A DNA stretch of 64,000 nt from Acidobacteriota bacterium (GTDB lineage Bacteria > Acidobacteriota > Aminicenantia > S016-38): NCBI GenBank assembly GCA_015486055.1, contig WFSJ01000034.1, positions 18,212-82,211 of the forward strand, in the 5' to 3' direction. How positions within the stretch are numbered: the first letter of the stretch is position 1; each line of letters begins with the position of its first letter. This document shows, piece by piece, positions 55,352 to 64,000 of this stretch. Made by a program: the position numbers and the translations under genes. Below the pieces are notes generated by a model, which was not told where the DNA came from, did not search any database, and saw only the letters and a program-made list of their open reading frames with translations.

Positions 55352-57851
55352 AATAAAGCTCTTTTTTTATCTGACCCTCATTTCAATTTTCACTATTATA
55401 TTCACCACATATTTTTCCATAATCTCTATGTCCTCAAAGCTTGCTAACGAAGAAAAAAAAGATCTTATTTCATCCGCAAGAAAAGCTGAAAGTTTTTTTT
55501 ATGACTATCTCTCAAATATGACAAGAACAGCTGTTGTGGTTTCAGAATTAAAAGAGATCGTTTCCAATATAAAGAATCCCTCTGAACTCTCATATGTCCT
55601 TGAATCCAAGGAGGTGCTTTTCCCATCCATGAACATGAAGATTTTGAACACAAAAGGGGTAACATCCGCGAGCTACAACAGTTCCCTCATTTCCTGCTAT
55701 GAAAAAAAAGACCTTTCAAATCACCCAATCTTGTTAAAGGGAAAAGAGGGACTAATAAGGGGTGCCGGAATCTTCAGTAAGGGAAAACATCTATGTATGG
55801 TAAGTATTGTTCCAATAGTTGACCAAGAAAGCTTCAACCTCAAGGGTTATGTCTTCTTAGAATTCCCAATATCTTCAGAATTCGTGGATATTCTTAAGGA
55901 TAAAGTAAAGGAGGAGGTCTTCATAGAAAAGGGAAAAGAGGCTATTGCTTCAACCTATATAGGAAAAGAAGGGAAAAGGCTTTACCCTCCGGTTATCTCA
56001 AATAACAACAATAAAGTAAAAGAAGGAAAGCTTGAAGGAAAAACATTCTTCTTTTCTTCATTCCCCATAAAGGACTATACTGGCAAGATAGCGGGGAAAG
56101 TAATAATAGGAAGGGATGAGAGTGCTTTGATGACAGCTAACAGGATGGCTACTCTAAGATTAGTTGAAGCAGCCTTAATTGTTTTAGTCCTTGCTGTCCT
56201 GTTTGCTCTTTTTATAGGGAAAAAACTCTCCGTGCCTATTTTAGCTCTTACAAAAGGGGCTGAGAAGTGGTCTGAAGGAAAGCTTGAATACAGGGTTAAG
56301 GTGAGAGCAAAGGATGAACTTGGCCTTCTTTCAAAGGTTTTCAACAAAATGGCAGGTTCAATTGAATCTCAAAGGAAAGAAATAGAGGAAGTGAAGCGAT
56401 TTTTTGAATCCATAGTGGAAAGTAACCCTGTGGGAATAATTACCTGCGATGAGTTAGGAAAAATCATAACCGTTAACCTATCAGCGAGAGAAATAATTTC
56501 TGCAAAGAAGAATGAGTTAAAGGGCAGGGAAATATTCGAACTTGCAGAAGGCTTAGATAAGTTTAAGCCTCAGTTTATTCAGGTCTTACTCCAGAAAAAA
56601 CCCTACTCCGAAAAAGAAGTCCCTATAAAAACCATTTATGGAGAAAAAAAGACTTTGAATATCCTTTTATATACTGTTCCTCTGGAAAGCGGGGAAATAA
56701 TTGTATTTCAGATGGAGGATATAACAAAGAAAATGGAACTTGAGAAGGAACTCCATCATCTCAGAAAGTTAGGAACAATAGGCATGGAAGTAAGCAGATT
56801 TGCCCATGAGATGAACAATATTATGACCTCACTTTTAGGTCACATATCTCTTTTAAGATTGCATCTTGCTAATACCAACCTTGAAAGCAAGGTAAAAACA
56901 GCCGAAGAAATAGCAAAGAAAGCTTCTTCCTTAGCCAAGGAAATTCTTATGTTCTCTAAAAAAGAGGAACTAAAAAATGAAGAAATAAATGTCAGGGAAA
57001 TCCTTGACGGCATAGAGAAGATGTTCAGAAGAATTCTCCCTGAAAATATTTCCTTTCGGAGAGAGTTCTGTTCTTTTCCTCTTAGAATTTTCGGAAACTC
57101 AGGCAAATTTTCCTTGGCGATTTACAACCTTCTTATAAACTCAATGGATGCAATTTCAGCCTCAAAAAATTCTTCACATGGAATTATAAAACTAAAAACA
57201 ACAAGGGAATTTTCAACTGATAAGGGAGAAAATTTCGTAAAAATAAATATAGAGGACAACGGCAAGGGAATAGAGAAGGAAATCCAGAGCAAAATATTTG
57301 AACCTTACTTTACAACCAAAGGAGGGAAGGGGACAGGCCTTGGTTTATCTTTAGTTAAAGAGGTAGTGGAGGAAATGGGAGGCTCAATTAATCTGGAGAG
57401 TGAACTGGGAAAGGGAACAAAATTTTCCCTTATTATACCTGAAATGAAAACCAAAGGGGAAACAGAAAGAAAAGAGAAAATCAAGAAAAAAATTGAAGGA
57501 ATGGGGAAAAAGGTCCTTGTGATTGATGATGAAAAAGACATAGTTCATTTTCTGAAGGAACTTCTTGAGATGTATGGCTTCGTGGTATTTGGAGCATCTG
57601 ACTCCAAAGAAGCTGAGGAAATTATAGAAACCGAAGGGGAACAAATAAAAATAGCAATCATTGACTACACGCTTGGTGGAAAGAACGGAAGAGAAATAGC
57701 AAAGAAACTGCTGAGGAAAAATGAAAGGGTGAAAATAATCATGACATCTGGATTTGAAGATATAGAGATTGGGGAGGGGATGACATTTTTAAGGAAGCCC
57801 TTTGAAACAGAGGATATCGTTAATGCTATTTCTGAAGCAATCAAGGGTTGA
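55341..57851 (+). CDS. hybrid sensor histidine kinase/response regulator (TM - periplasmic domain - TM - HAMP - PAS - HisKA - HATPase_c - REC)
   Basis: It has an N-terminal TM, an extracytoplasmic region of about 230 aa and a second TM (LVEAALIVLVLAVLFALFIG). It continues with HAMP, PAS (FESIVESNPVGIIT), H-box FAHEMNNIMTSLLGH, G-boxes (GTGLGLSLV) and a C-terminal receiver (VLVIDDE...D...IIMTSGF). Confidence 0.85.
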   Translation: MSIKIKLFFYLTLISIFTIIFTTYFSIISMSSKLANEEKKDLISSARKAESFFYDYLSNMTRTAVVVSELKEIVSNIKNPSELSYVLESKEVLFPSMNMKILNTKGVTSASYNSSLISCYEKKDLSNHPILLKGKEGLIRGAGIFSKGKHLCMVSIVPIVDQESFNLKGYVFLEFPISSEFVDILKDKVKEEVFIEKGKEAIASTYIGKEGKRLYPPVISNNNNKVKEGKLEGKTFFFSSFPIKDYTGKIAGKVIIGRDESALMTANRMATLRLVEAALIVLVLAVLFALFIGKKLSVPILALTKGAEKWSEGKLEYRVKVRAKDELGLLSKVFNKMAGSIESQRKEIEEVKRFFESIVESNPVGIITCDELGKIITVNLSAREIISAKKNELKGREIFELAEGLDKFKPQFIQVLLQKKPYSEKEVPIKTIYGEKKTLNILLYTVPLESGEIIVFQMEDITKKMELEKELHHLRKLGTIGMEVSRFAHEMNNIMTSLLGHISLLRLHLANTNLESKVKTAEEIAKKASSLAKEILMFSKKEELKNEEINVREILDGIEKMFRRILPENISFRREFCSFPLRIFGNSGKFSLAIYNLLINSMDAISASKNSSHGIIKLKTTREFSTDKGENFVKINIEDNGKGIEKEIQSKIFEPYFTTKGGKGTGLGLSLVKEVVEEMGGSINLESELGKGTKFSLIIPEMKTKGETERKEKIKKKIEGMGKKVLVIDDEKDIVHFLKELLEMYGFVVFGASDSKEAEEIIETEGEQIKIAIIDYTLGGKNGREIAKKLLRKNERVKIIMTSGFEDIEIGEGMTFLRKPFETEDIVNAISEAIKG

Positions 57852-57883
57852 CCCTGAGGAATTATTATCATAAACTTTAAGCA

Positions 57884-58420
57884 ATGAATACTCATTGGAC
57901 TACAGTAGTTTGCGTTAAAAAAGGGAATTCAGTGGCCATGGCTTCTGATGGTCAGGTAACCGTTGGAAATTATATAATAAAAGAAGGAGCAGAAAAAATA
58001 AGGAAGCTCGCAGGAGGAAAAATAATTGTCGGTTTTGCAGGAGCTGTTTCAGATGCCTTATCCCTTCTTCAAAGACTGGAGGAGAAACTTGAAGAATACA
58101 GGGGTAATCTCCGAAGAGCTGCGGTGGAACTTGCGAAGCTATGGAGAACAGACAAAGTCCTGAGGATGCTTGAGGCTCAGATAGTAGCTACAGACGGGGA
58201 AGATTGCCTGCTCATCTCAGGAAATGGAGACCTGCTTGAGCCGGATGAAGGGATAATTGCAGTAGGCTCAGGGGCTCCTTATGCTATTGCTGCTGGAAAG
58301 GCATTGTTCCGAGAGACCAAGCTCTCAGCTGAGGAGATAGCAAGGAAAAGCCTTGAGATCGCATCCAGCCTTTGCATATACACAAATAACAGGATAAAAG
58401 TAGAGGTAATAAAAAAATGA
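57884..58420 (+). CDS. hslV: ATP-dependent protease subunit HslV
   Basis: [23 protein letters not shown] carries the catalytic N-terminal Thr context. 178 aa. It overlaps hslU. Confidence 0.9.
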   Translation: MNTHWTTVVCVKKGNSVAMASDGQVTVGNYIIKEGAEKIRKLAGGKIIVGFAGAVSDALSLLQRLEEKLEEYRGNLRRAAVELAKLWRTDKVLRMLEAQIVATDGEDCLLISGNGDLLEPDEGIIAVGSGAPYAIAAGKALFRETKLSAEEIARKSLEIASSLCIYTNNRIKVEVIKK

Positions 58421-59766
58421 AGGATGAGCTAACCCCTGCAGAGATAGTAGAACAACTTGACAAGTATATAGTAGGACAAAAGGAAGCAAAGAAAGCAGTG
58501 GCTATAGCCTTGAGGAATAGATATAGAAGAAGGAAACTCCCCCCTGAATTTGCCCAGGAAATCGCCCCAAAGAACATAATAATGATAGGACCTACTGGGG
58601 TTGGAAAAACTGAAATAGCTAGAAGGCTTTCCAAGCTTACCTCATCTCCATTTGTTAAAGTAGAAGCAACAAAATTCACAGAAAGGGGCTATGTGGGAAG
58701 GGATGTTTCCTCAATGGTAAGGGACCTTGTCGACTTAGCTGTGGATATGGTAAAGCGAGAAAAGATGGAGGAAGTGAAAAGAAAGGCAATGGAAAGGGTT
58801 GAAGAGGAAATTCTTGACATACTCGTCAGACCTCCAAGAAAATCAGGAGAGTTTGAGGATTGGGAAGAAAAGCAAAAAAGATGGGAAAGAACAAGGGATA
58901 AATTCAAGGAAAAACTCAGGAATGGAGAACTCGACGAAAGGATAGTTGAGGTAGAACTCTCCGAAAAGAGTTTTTCCCAACCACTTGAAATTTTCTCCTC
59001 GGCAGGAATGGAGGAGATAGGCATGTCCATTCAGGAACTCATCCCAGGTCTTCCTTCTCAAAAAAAGAAGAAAAGAAAGATGAAGATAGAAGAAGCCAAG
59101 AAGGCTTTACTTGAGGAAGAACAGAAAAAAATGGTTGATATGGACGAGGTAATTTCTGAAGCAGTAAGAAGGGTTGAACAGACAGGAATAATATTCATTG
59201 ATGAGCTGGACAAGATAGCAGGGAGAGAATCCGGCGCTGGACCCGATGTGAGTAGAGAAGGGGTCCAAAGGGATCTTCTCCCAATAGTTGAAGGAACAAA
59301 TGCAGCAACAAAATACGGCCTAATCAATACAGAACATATTCTCTTTATAGCAGCAGGAGCATTTCACATATCTAAGCCATCGGATTTAATTCCCGAACTT
59401 CAAGGAAGGTTTCCGATAAGGGTGGAACTTAAACCTCTTGAAAAAGAGGACTTCAAGAAAATCTTAATCGAGCCGAGGAATTCACTTGTTAAGCAGTACA
59501 AAAGCCTTATGGAAACAGAGGGAATTGAGGTGGAGTTTACGCAGGACGCAATAGATGAAATTGCATCGGTAGCAGAGCAGATAAATAACGAAATGGAGAA
59601 CATCGGAGCAAGAAGACTTCATACAATAATGGAAAAGGTCATGGAGGAAATCTCATTTTTTGCCCCTGAGCTTACAGGTCAAAAAATAACCATAAATAGA
59701 GAGTATGTAAAAGAAAAGATAAGAGAAATTCTAAAAAAAGAAGACCTAAAAAAATATATATTATGA
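58417..59766 (+). CDS. hslU: ATP-dependent protease ATPase subunit HslU
   Basis: It has the [17 protein letters not shown]-terminus, Walker [15 protein letters not shown], and the I-domain and sensor regions of HslU. Confidence 0.9.
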   Translation: MKDELTPAEIVEQLDKYIVGQKEAKKAVAIALRNRYRRRKLPPEFAQEIAPKNIIMIGPTGVGKTEIARRLSKLTSSPFVKVEATKFTERGYVGRDVSSMVRDLVDLAVDMVKREKMEEVKRKAMERVEEEILDILVRPPRKSGEFEDWEEKQKRWERTRDKFKEKLRNGELDERIVEVELSEKSFSQPLEIFSSAGMEEIGMSIQELIPGLPSQKKKKRKMKIEEAKKALLEEEQKKMVDMDEVISEAVRRVEQTGIIFIDELDKIAGRESGAGPDVSREGVQRDLLPIVEGTNAATKYGLINTEHILFIAAGAFHISKPSDLIPELQGRFPIRVELKPLEKEDFKKILIEPRNSLVKQYKSLMETEGIEVEFTQDAIDEIASVAEQINNEMENIGARRLHTIMEKVMEEISFFAPELTGQKITINREYVKEKIREILKKEDLKKYIL

Positions 59767-60698
59767 GTAAAACTATCTCCCTCCTCCTTTTTATATTGAT
59801 GATAGGATGTGGAATAAGAGGAAAACCATTCCCCCCGAAACTTAACAAGATTCCAAACCCAAAGATGAAAATATTTCAGCAAGGGGAAAACATAATCCTG
59901 AAGATTAAACTCCATAATAAATTTGAGAACGGAGAAGAAATCAGATACAAGAAAATAAAAGTTTCTCTCAAGTGGAAGGGAGGGGAAAAGACAATATTTA
60001 AATCGAGAAAAATCCCCACAGAAATAGAGAAAGAAGTCTGGGATGAACTCCTGAATAAGAAAGTTAAGGCAGTATTTGAAATAAAAGCTTATGGAGCAAG
60101 AACTTCAAAATTTAGCTCAAAATTTATAGATATAATGGTCACCCCTGTAGAGCCGAAGTCCTTAAAAGCAGAGTCTAAGGAGGATGGAATTCACCTTCAA
60201 TGGAAAAAGCCTGAAAAGAACTGGGACGGCAGCCCTGCAAAGCCCATTGGTTATTTAGTATTCAGGGATGGGAAGCTCATCACAAAGCATCCTGTTATAA
60301 TCACCTCATACATTGACGGTAATGTTAAAAATGGGAAGGAATATTCCTATACTGTCTCTGCTCTCCTTTCTCTAAAACCACCTTACTCAATGGGCAAACT
60401 CTCTGGAGAAGTAGGAATAAAATATATTGACAAATTTCCTCCATCACCTCCGGGAAATATCGATATCATATCCTCAGGAAAAGATATTTATCTCTCCTGG
60501 AGCAAAAGTAGCTCATCGGACACGAAGGGATATTTTCTCTGGAGAAACGGGAAGAAAATAACTAAAAAACCTATAAAAGAAACAAGTTTTTGGGATAAAG
60601 GTCTGAAAAATGGGAAGTACATTTATTGGGTTACGGCAGTAGACAAGTCAGGGAACCAAAGCAGTGCTTCCCCAAAAAAGGATGTAGAGATAAAATGA
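59763..60698 (+). CDS. lipoprotein with fibronectin type III-like repeats
   Basis: It has a lipobox (LMIGCG) and two Fn3-like segments (YTVSA...; [15 protein letters not shown]). Confidence 0.5.
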   Translation: MSKTISLLLFILMIGCGIRGKPFPPKLNKIPNPKMKIFQQGENIILKIKLHNKFENGEEIRYKKIKVSLKWKGGEKTIFKSRKIPTEIEKEVWDELLNKKVKAVFEIKAYGARTSKFSSKFIDIMVTPVEPKSLKAESKEDGIHLQWKKPEKNWDGSPAKPIGYLVFRDGKLITKHPVIITSYIDGNVKNGKEYSYTVSALLSLKPPYSMGKLSGEVGIKYIDKFPPSPPGNIDIISSGKDIYLSWSKSSSSDTKGYFLWRNGKKITKKPIKETSFWDKGLKNGKYIYWVTAVDKSGNQSSASPKKDVEIK

Positions 60699-61477
60699 AA
60701 ATCTTGAGATATGAATTCCAGGGGGAGAAAAAGTATGGAATTCTTGAGGAAGAATTTCTCAGGGAACTTGAATCTTTTCCCCTCGAGTCAATAAAACCAG
60801 GAAAGACAAAAGTCAGAATCTCTGAGGTAAAAATCCTTCCACCCATAACACCCACAAAAATCATATGCCTTGCATACAATTTCAGGTCCCATGCTCAGGA
60901 ACTTGGGAAAAATGTTCCAGAAGAGCCCCTTTTCTTCCTGAAACCCCCTTCTTCTATTATTGCTCATCTTGAGCCCATAAAAATACCAAAAAAGGTGGGA
61001 AGGATTGATTTTGAAGGAGAATTTGCTGTAGTCATAAGAAAAGAGATGAAAAAATTACCTTCGGATTTTGAATCAGAGGAATTCGTCCTCGGCTATACAA
61101 TCCTTAATGATGTTACTGCAAGAGATGTTCTTGAGATAGAAGGTGAAAGGGGAAGGGCAAAGGGATACGATACTTTCACCCCCATTGGACCGTCAATACT
61201 TAGAGGAGCAAGATACCAGAACCTGAAGATAAAAACTTTCATCAACTCAAAGATCAAACAGTCCTCAAGCCTTTCCAACATGGTTTTCCCTGTAAACTAT
61301 GTACTCAGCTATCTGTCAAGCATAATGACCCTTTGTCCAGGGGATATAATATCTTTCGGAACCCCTGGCGGTGTAGGAGAGATTAAGCCTGGTGACAGGA
61401 TTGATGTTCAAATTGACGAAATAGGGACACTTTCAAATCCAGTAATTAAGGAGGAGCGAAATGAAAATTTTCCTTGA
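60695..61477 (+). CDS. fumarylacetoacetate hydrolase (FAH) family protein
   Basis: The start was chosen at MKILRYEF (ATGA overlap with the upstream stop). The FAH fold motifs are present ([15 protein letters not shown]...FFLKPPSS...GEFAVVI...[11 protein letters not shown]...[14 protein letters not shown]). Confidence 0.8.
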   Translation: MKILRYEFQGEKKYGILEEEFLRELESFPLESIKPGKTKVRISEVKILPPITPTKIICLAYNFRSHAQELGKNVPEEPLFFLKPPSSIIAHLEPIKIPKKVGRIDFEGEFAVVIRKEMKKLPSDFESEEFVLGYTILNDVTARDVLEIEGERGRAKGYDTFTPIGPSILRGARYQNLKIKTFINSKIKQSSSLSNMVFPVNYVLSYLSSIMTLCPGDIISFGTPGGVGEIKPGDRIDVQIDEIGTLSNPVIKEERNENFP

Positions 61478-62105
61478 TACGGCGAACATTGAAAAGATCA
61501 AAGAGGCAAAGGATTGGGGAATCCTTGATGGAGTAACGACCAATCCAACTTTGGTATCAAGAGAAGGCAAAAATTTTGAAACTATTATAAGAGAAATCCT
61601 TAAAGTTGTTGATGGTCCAGTTTCCCTTGAGGTAATATCAAAAAACTGGGAAGGCATGGTTAAGGAAGCAAGAAAGTTAGCCTCTTACGGGAAAAATGTC
61701 GTAGTCAAGATACCAATGACGGTGGATGGGCTGAAGGCTACAAAGGTACTGTCTTCAGATGGAATAAATGTAAACACAACACTCATTTTCTCCCCTACCC
61801 AATCCATTCTGGCAGCCAAGGCAGGAACAAGGTATTTAAGTCCATTTATAGGAAGATTAGACGATATAAGTTCATATGGAATGGACCTTGTCAGGGATAT
61901 AATCCAGATACTTGAGAATTACAGTTTCCCCTGTGAGGTAATCGTAGCCTCCGTAAGGCATCCAATGCATGTTCTTGAAGCTGCTCTTCTCGGAGCAGAT
62001 ATAGTAACGATGCCCTTTGAAGTTCTCCAGAAACTTGTGAAACATCCTCTCACGGACATCGGCATTGAAAGATTTTTAAAGGATTGGGAAAAATTGAAAG
62101 GATGA
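61461..62105 (+). CDS. tal: transaldolase (short Tal/FSA type)
   Basis: [16 protein letters not shown]...[12 protein letters not shown] is the transaldolase signature with a Schiff-base Lys context (VVVKIP). 214 aa. Confidence 0.85.
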   Translation: MKIFLDTANIEKIKEAKDWGILDGVTTNPTLVSREGKNFETIIREILKVVDGPVSLEVISKNWEGMVKEARKLASYGKNVVVKIPMTVDGLKATKVLSSDGINVNTTLIFSPTQSILAAKAGTRYLSPFIGRLDDISSYGMDLVRDIIQILENYSFPCEVIVASVRHPMHVLEAALLGADIVTMPFEVLQKLVKHPLTDIGIERFLKDWEKLKG

Positions 62106-64000
62106 GGAAAGCAGCTTTTTTTTTGTAATCGCAGCCCTTCTGGTTGCCATTCCCTTCTTAGCCCGCCATATATTTTATATTGAGATAAGCAAAACTCTAA
62201 ATAATTTTGGCACTTACTCCTCTTTAAGGGTGGGTTTCTCTTCATTCACCGTTGAGAACTTAAGGACACAAGGATTGTTTCTTTCCAAGGCCAAGTTCTA
62301 TGTTTATTTTCCAAATTTTCCGTTCCCTGCCGTAGGCATAAGAGCAGAGGGAGGGAAATTGGATATTTCAAAGGGCATCAGTGCAGCAGGCTTTGCAATT
62401 CCAGAATTAGTAAAGGAAGTTGACATAGAAGGACTGAGTATAGATTATTCGGGAAAAAACTTTGAAGTAACTTCTCCTTATTCCTTTTTAAGCTATAGGT
62501 ATGGAAAAGCACTGATAGGCTCAGAAAAAGCAGTAATAAAATGGGGAAAGAAAACCTTAACTGGAAAGGTCAAAATAAGGGCAAAACCAAGCGGTGAGAT
62601 AGAAAAACTGAGCTTTGTTTCTCCCGAGTTAATTTTTGAGGGTTATGGGAACCCTAAAATTATAAAATTTTCATTCAAGCTCCAGGGTAAGTTTCTTTCT
62701 TCGCTTCTTTCCGGGGGAATAAATGGGGAAGGAAAATATAAGGAAGGAAAAATAGAGATTTCAGCAACGAGTAGGAAACTTAAAATATTCAGGGGAACCG
62801 TTAAAAACATAAAGCTTAACATATCAAAGGGAAGAATTCTGAAAGGAAGGTTAGAAACAGGAGCTATGGATTTAATATTCATCAGAGGAAGAAAGCTAAG
62901 GATTTCACGGCTCTCCTCAGCGACCCTGTATTCCATAGCATCCTTCCCCAACATTGGAAATTTCAATCTAAAGGGTAATGCTAAGTTAGGGAAATACTCT
63001 ATATCCCTTTCTCTATTTCCTCAACAAGGAGGAAATCTAAAAGCAAAAATAGGGAAGGAGATTACACTTGTATCTGGTAAGAAACTTGAGGTTGAAGGTT
63101 CCGAGGTAAATTTCACTTACAATACAAAAAGGAACAACGGGTATTTCAGCCTTAAATCTAAGTCAAAGGATTTGAGGACCTTACTCTTAAAAGGTTCCAA
63201 GATCTATAAATACTTCTCAAAAGAAAAGCTGTTCCTGCCAGAAATAGAAGGCAAAGGGGAAGTGAATTTTAAATACGATTTCTCCGGTGAAAGATACAGG
63301 GGGAAAGGAAATTTCTTGGTTAATAATGGGAAACTTTATGGATATCAAATAAAGAATGTTGAAGGTGCCTGGCAGGACTCCAACGAATTCCTCTCCCTTT
63401 ACGGAAAATACAAATGGGAAAGGGGAAAAGGCCAATTCCAAGGAACTTCTTCAGCGGGCAATGTAAAAATAAAATACAGTGCCCGGGGACACATAGAGGA
63501 TTTACTCAAAGCCCTTGATGTTAGCTTTGACCTCAAGGGGAATTTCAACGCTCGGGGAGAGATTACATCCCATGGGGAAGAAATAAAAATCAAAGGGAAG
63601 GGAAATTTAACCGAAGCAAAGGTTCTTTCAAACTTCAAAATAGCTTCTGGCGAAGGAAAATACATCTGGGATGGAAAAAGGCTTGAACTTTCTTTTTATG
63701 GGAAAAGCTATGGAGGAATCTTGAAGGGCTTTTTATGGTCTGAGGGGGAAAATTCTCATCTTTCAGCAGAGCTCAACGGCTTCAGGGGAAAAGAACTTTT
63801 AGCCTCCGCTATAGGAACTGGGTTCCTTCACATCTCATCTGAAACAGAAGGCAATCTTACCAGAACCTCTTTCTCGGGGAAAATTGCAAATTTCGGGTAC
63901 CTTAACGAAAAGAAGGGAAATTTAGATTTCAACGGCATCTACGAAGAAAATGGAAAAAGGAAGCTTTCTATATATGGAGAAATAAAGGGTAAAAACCAAT
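62102..64000 (+). CDS. AsmA/TamB-like large beta-rich envelope protein (partial, runs off window); 5' end disrupted by T9 tract frameshift
   Basis: An ATG at 62102 is followed by MRKAAFF, then a stop in that frame. The continuous 1.9-kb ORF ([17 protein letters not shown]...GK/GN-rich repeats) is in the +1 frame, beginning inside the T9 run at 62116-62124. Read through with T10, it gives a classic signal-anchor. There is no stop before position 64000. Confidence 0.45.
62116..62124 (+). repeat. poly(T)9 homopolymeric tract separating start codon from body of AsmA-like ORF
   Basis: Direct observation: gcagc-ttttttttt-gtaatcgc. One extra T would fuse ATG 62102 to the long downstream ORF. Confidence 0.8.

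Overview
This window is a gene-dense chromosomal segment, AT-rich by eye, with heavy use of AGG/AGA/AAG/ATA codons. It looks like it comes from a thermophilic, probably anaerobic, diderm bacterium, judged from LpxC, a complete Tol-Pal cluster, OMP/AsmA-like proteins, a CO dehydrogenase and Bcd/Etf. About 65 protein genes and three tRNAs (Gly-GCC, Cys-GCA, Lys-CTT) can be supported. No transposase, integrase, CRISPR array or rRNA was seen.

Housekeeping blocks are: polA (3' end outside window); a UvrD-like helicase; lpxC; larB; a dGTPase; the conserved phoH-pgpH-ybeY-corC-era operon; acyl-CoA dehydrogenase with EtfB and a ferredoxin-fused EtfA; ssb; tolQ-tolR-tolA-tolB-pal-cpoB; a metal-chelate ABC importer divergent from a cooF-cooS-cooC-FNOR (CO dehydrogenase) operon that ends convergent with nikR; nrdR-hsp20-lon-thiL; hslVU; and transaldolase.

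The most unusual items are these:
- Two tandem orphan family-5 solute-binding proteins are fused by overlaps to a hybrid sensor kinase, giving a candidate SBP-dependent signalling module.
- An MglA-type Ras-like GTPase carries a ~190-aa acidic C-terminal tail, is translationally coupled to an Isf-like flavoprotein, and has no MglB.
- A GlmU-like protein has an intact acetyltransferase beta-helix but no UTP-binding signature.
- A divergent tryptophanase/TPL-family lyase is coupled to a TPR protein.
- A T9 homopolymer separates the only ATG and signal-anchor of a large AsmA/TamB-like ORF from its body, which is either a frameshift or phase variation.
- A promoter, 5' hairpin and GC-clamp terminator sit in a 257-nt intergenic region and could encode a small RNA.

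I could not recognise a defence or mobile-element system in the sequence. The candidate novel functional unit I would prioritise is the SBP-SBP-hybrid kinase locus, followed by the MglA-like GTPase pair.
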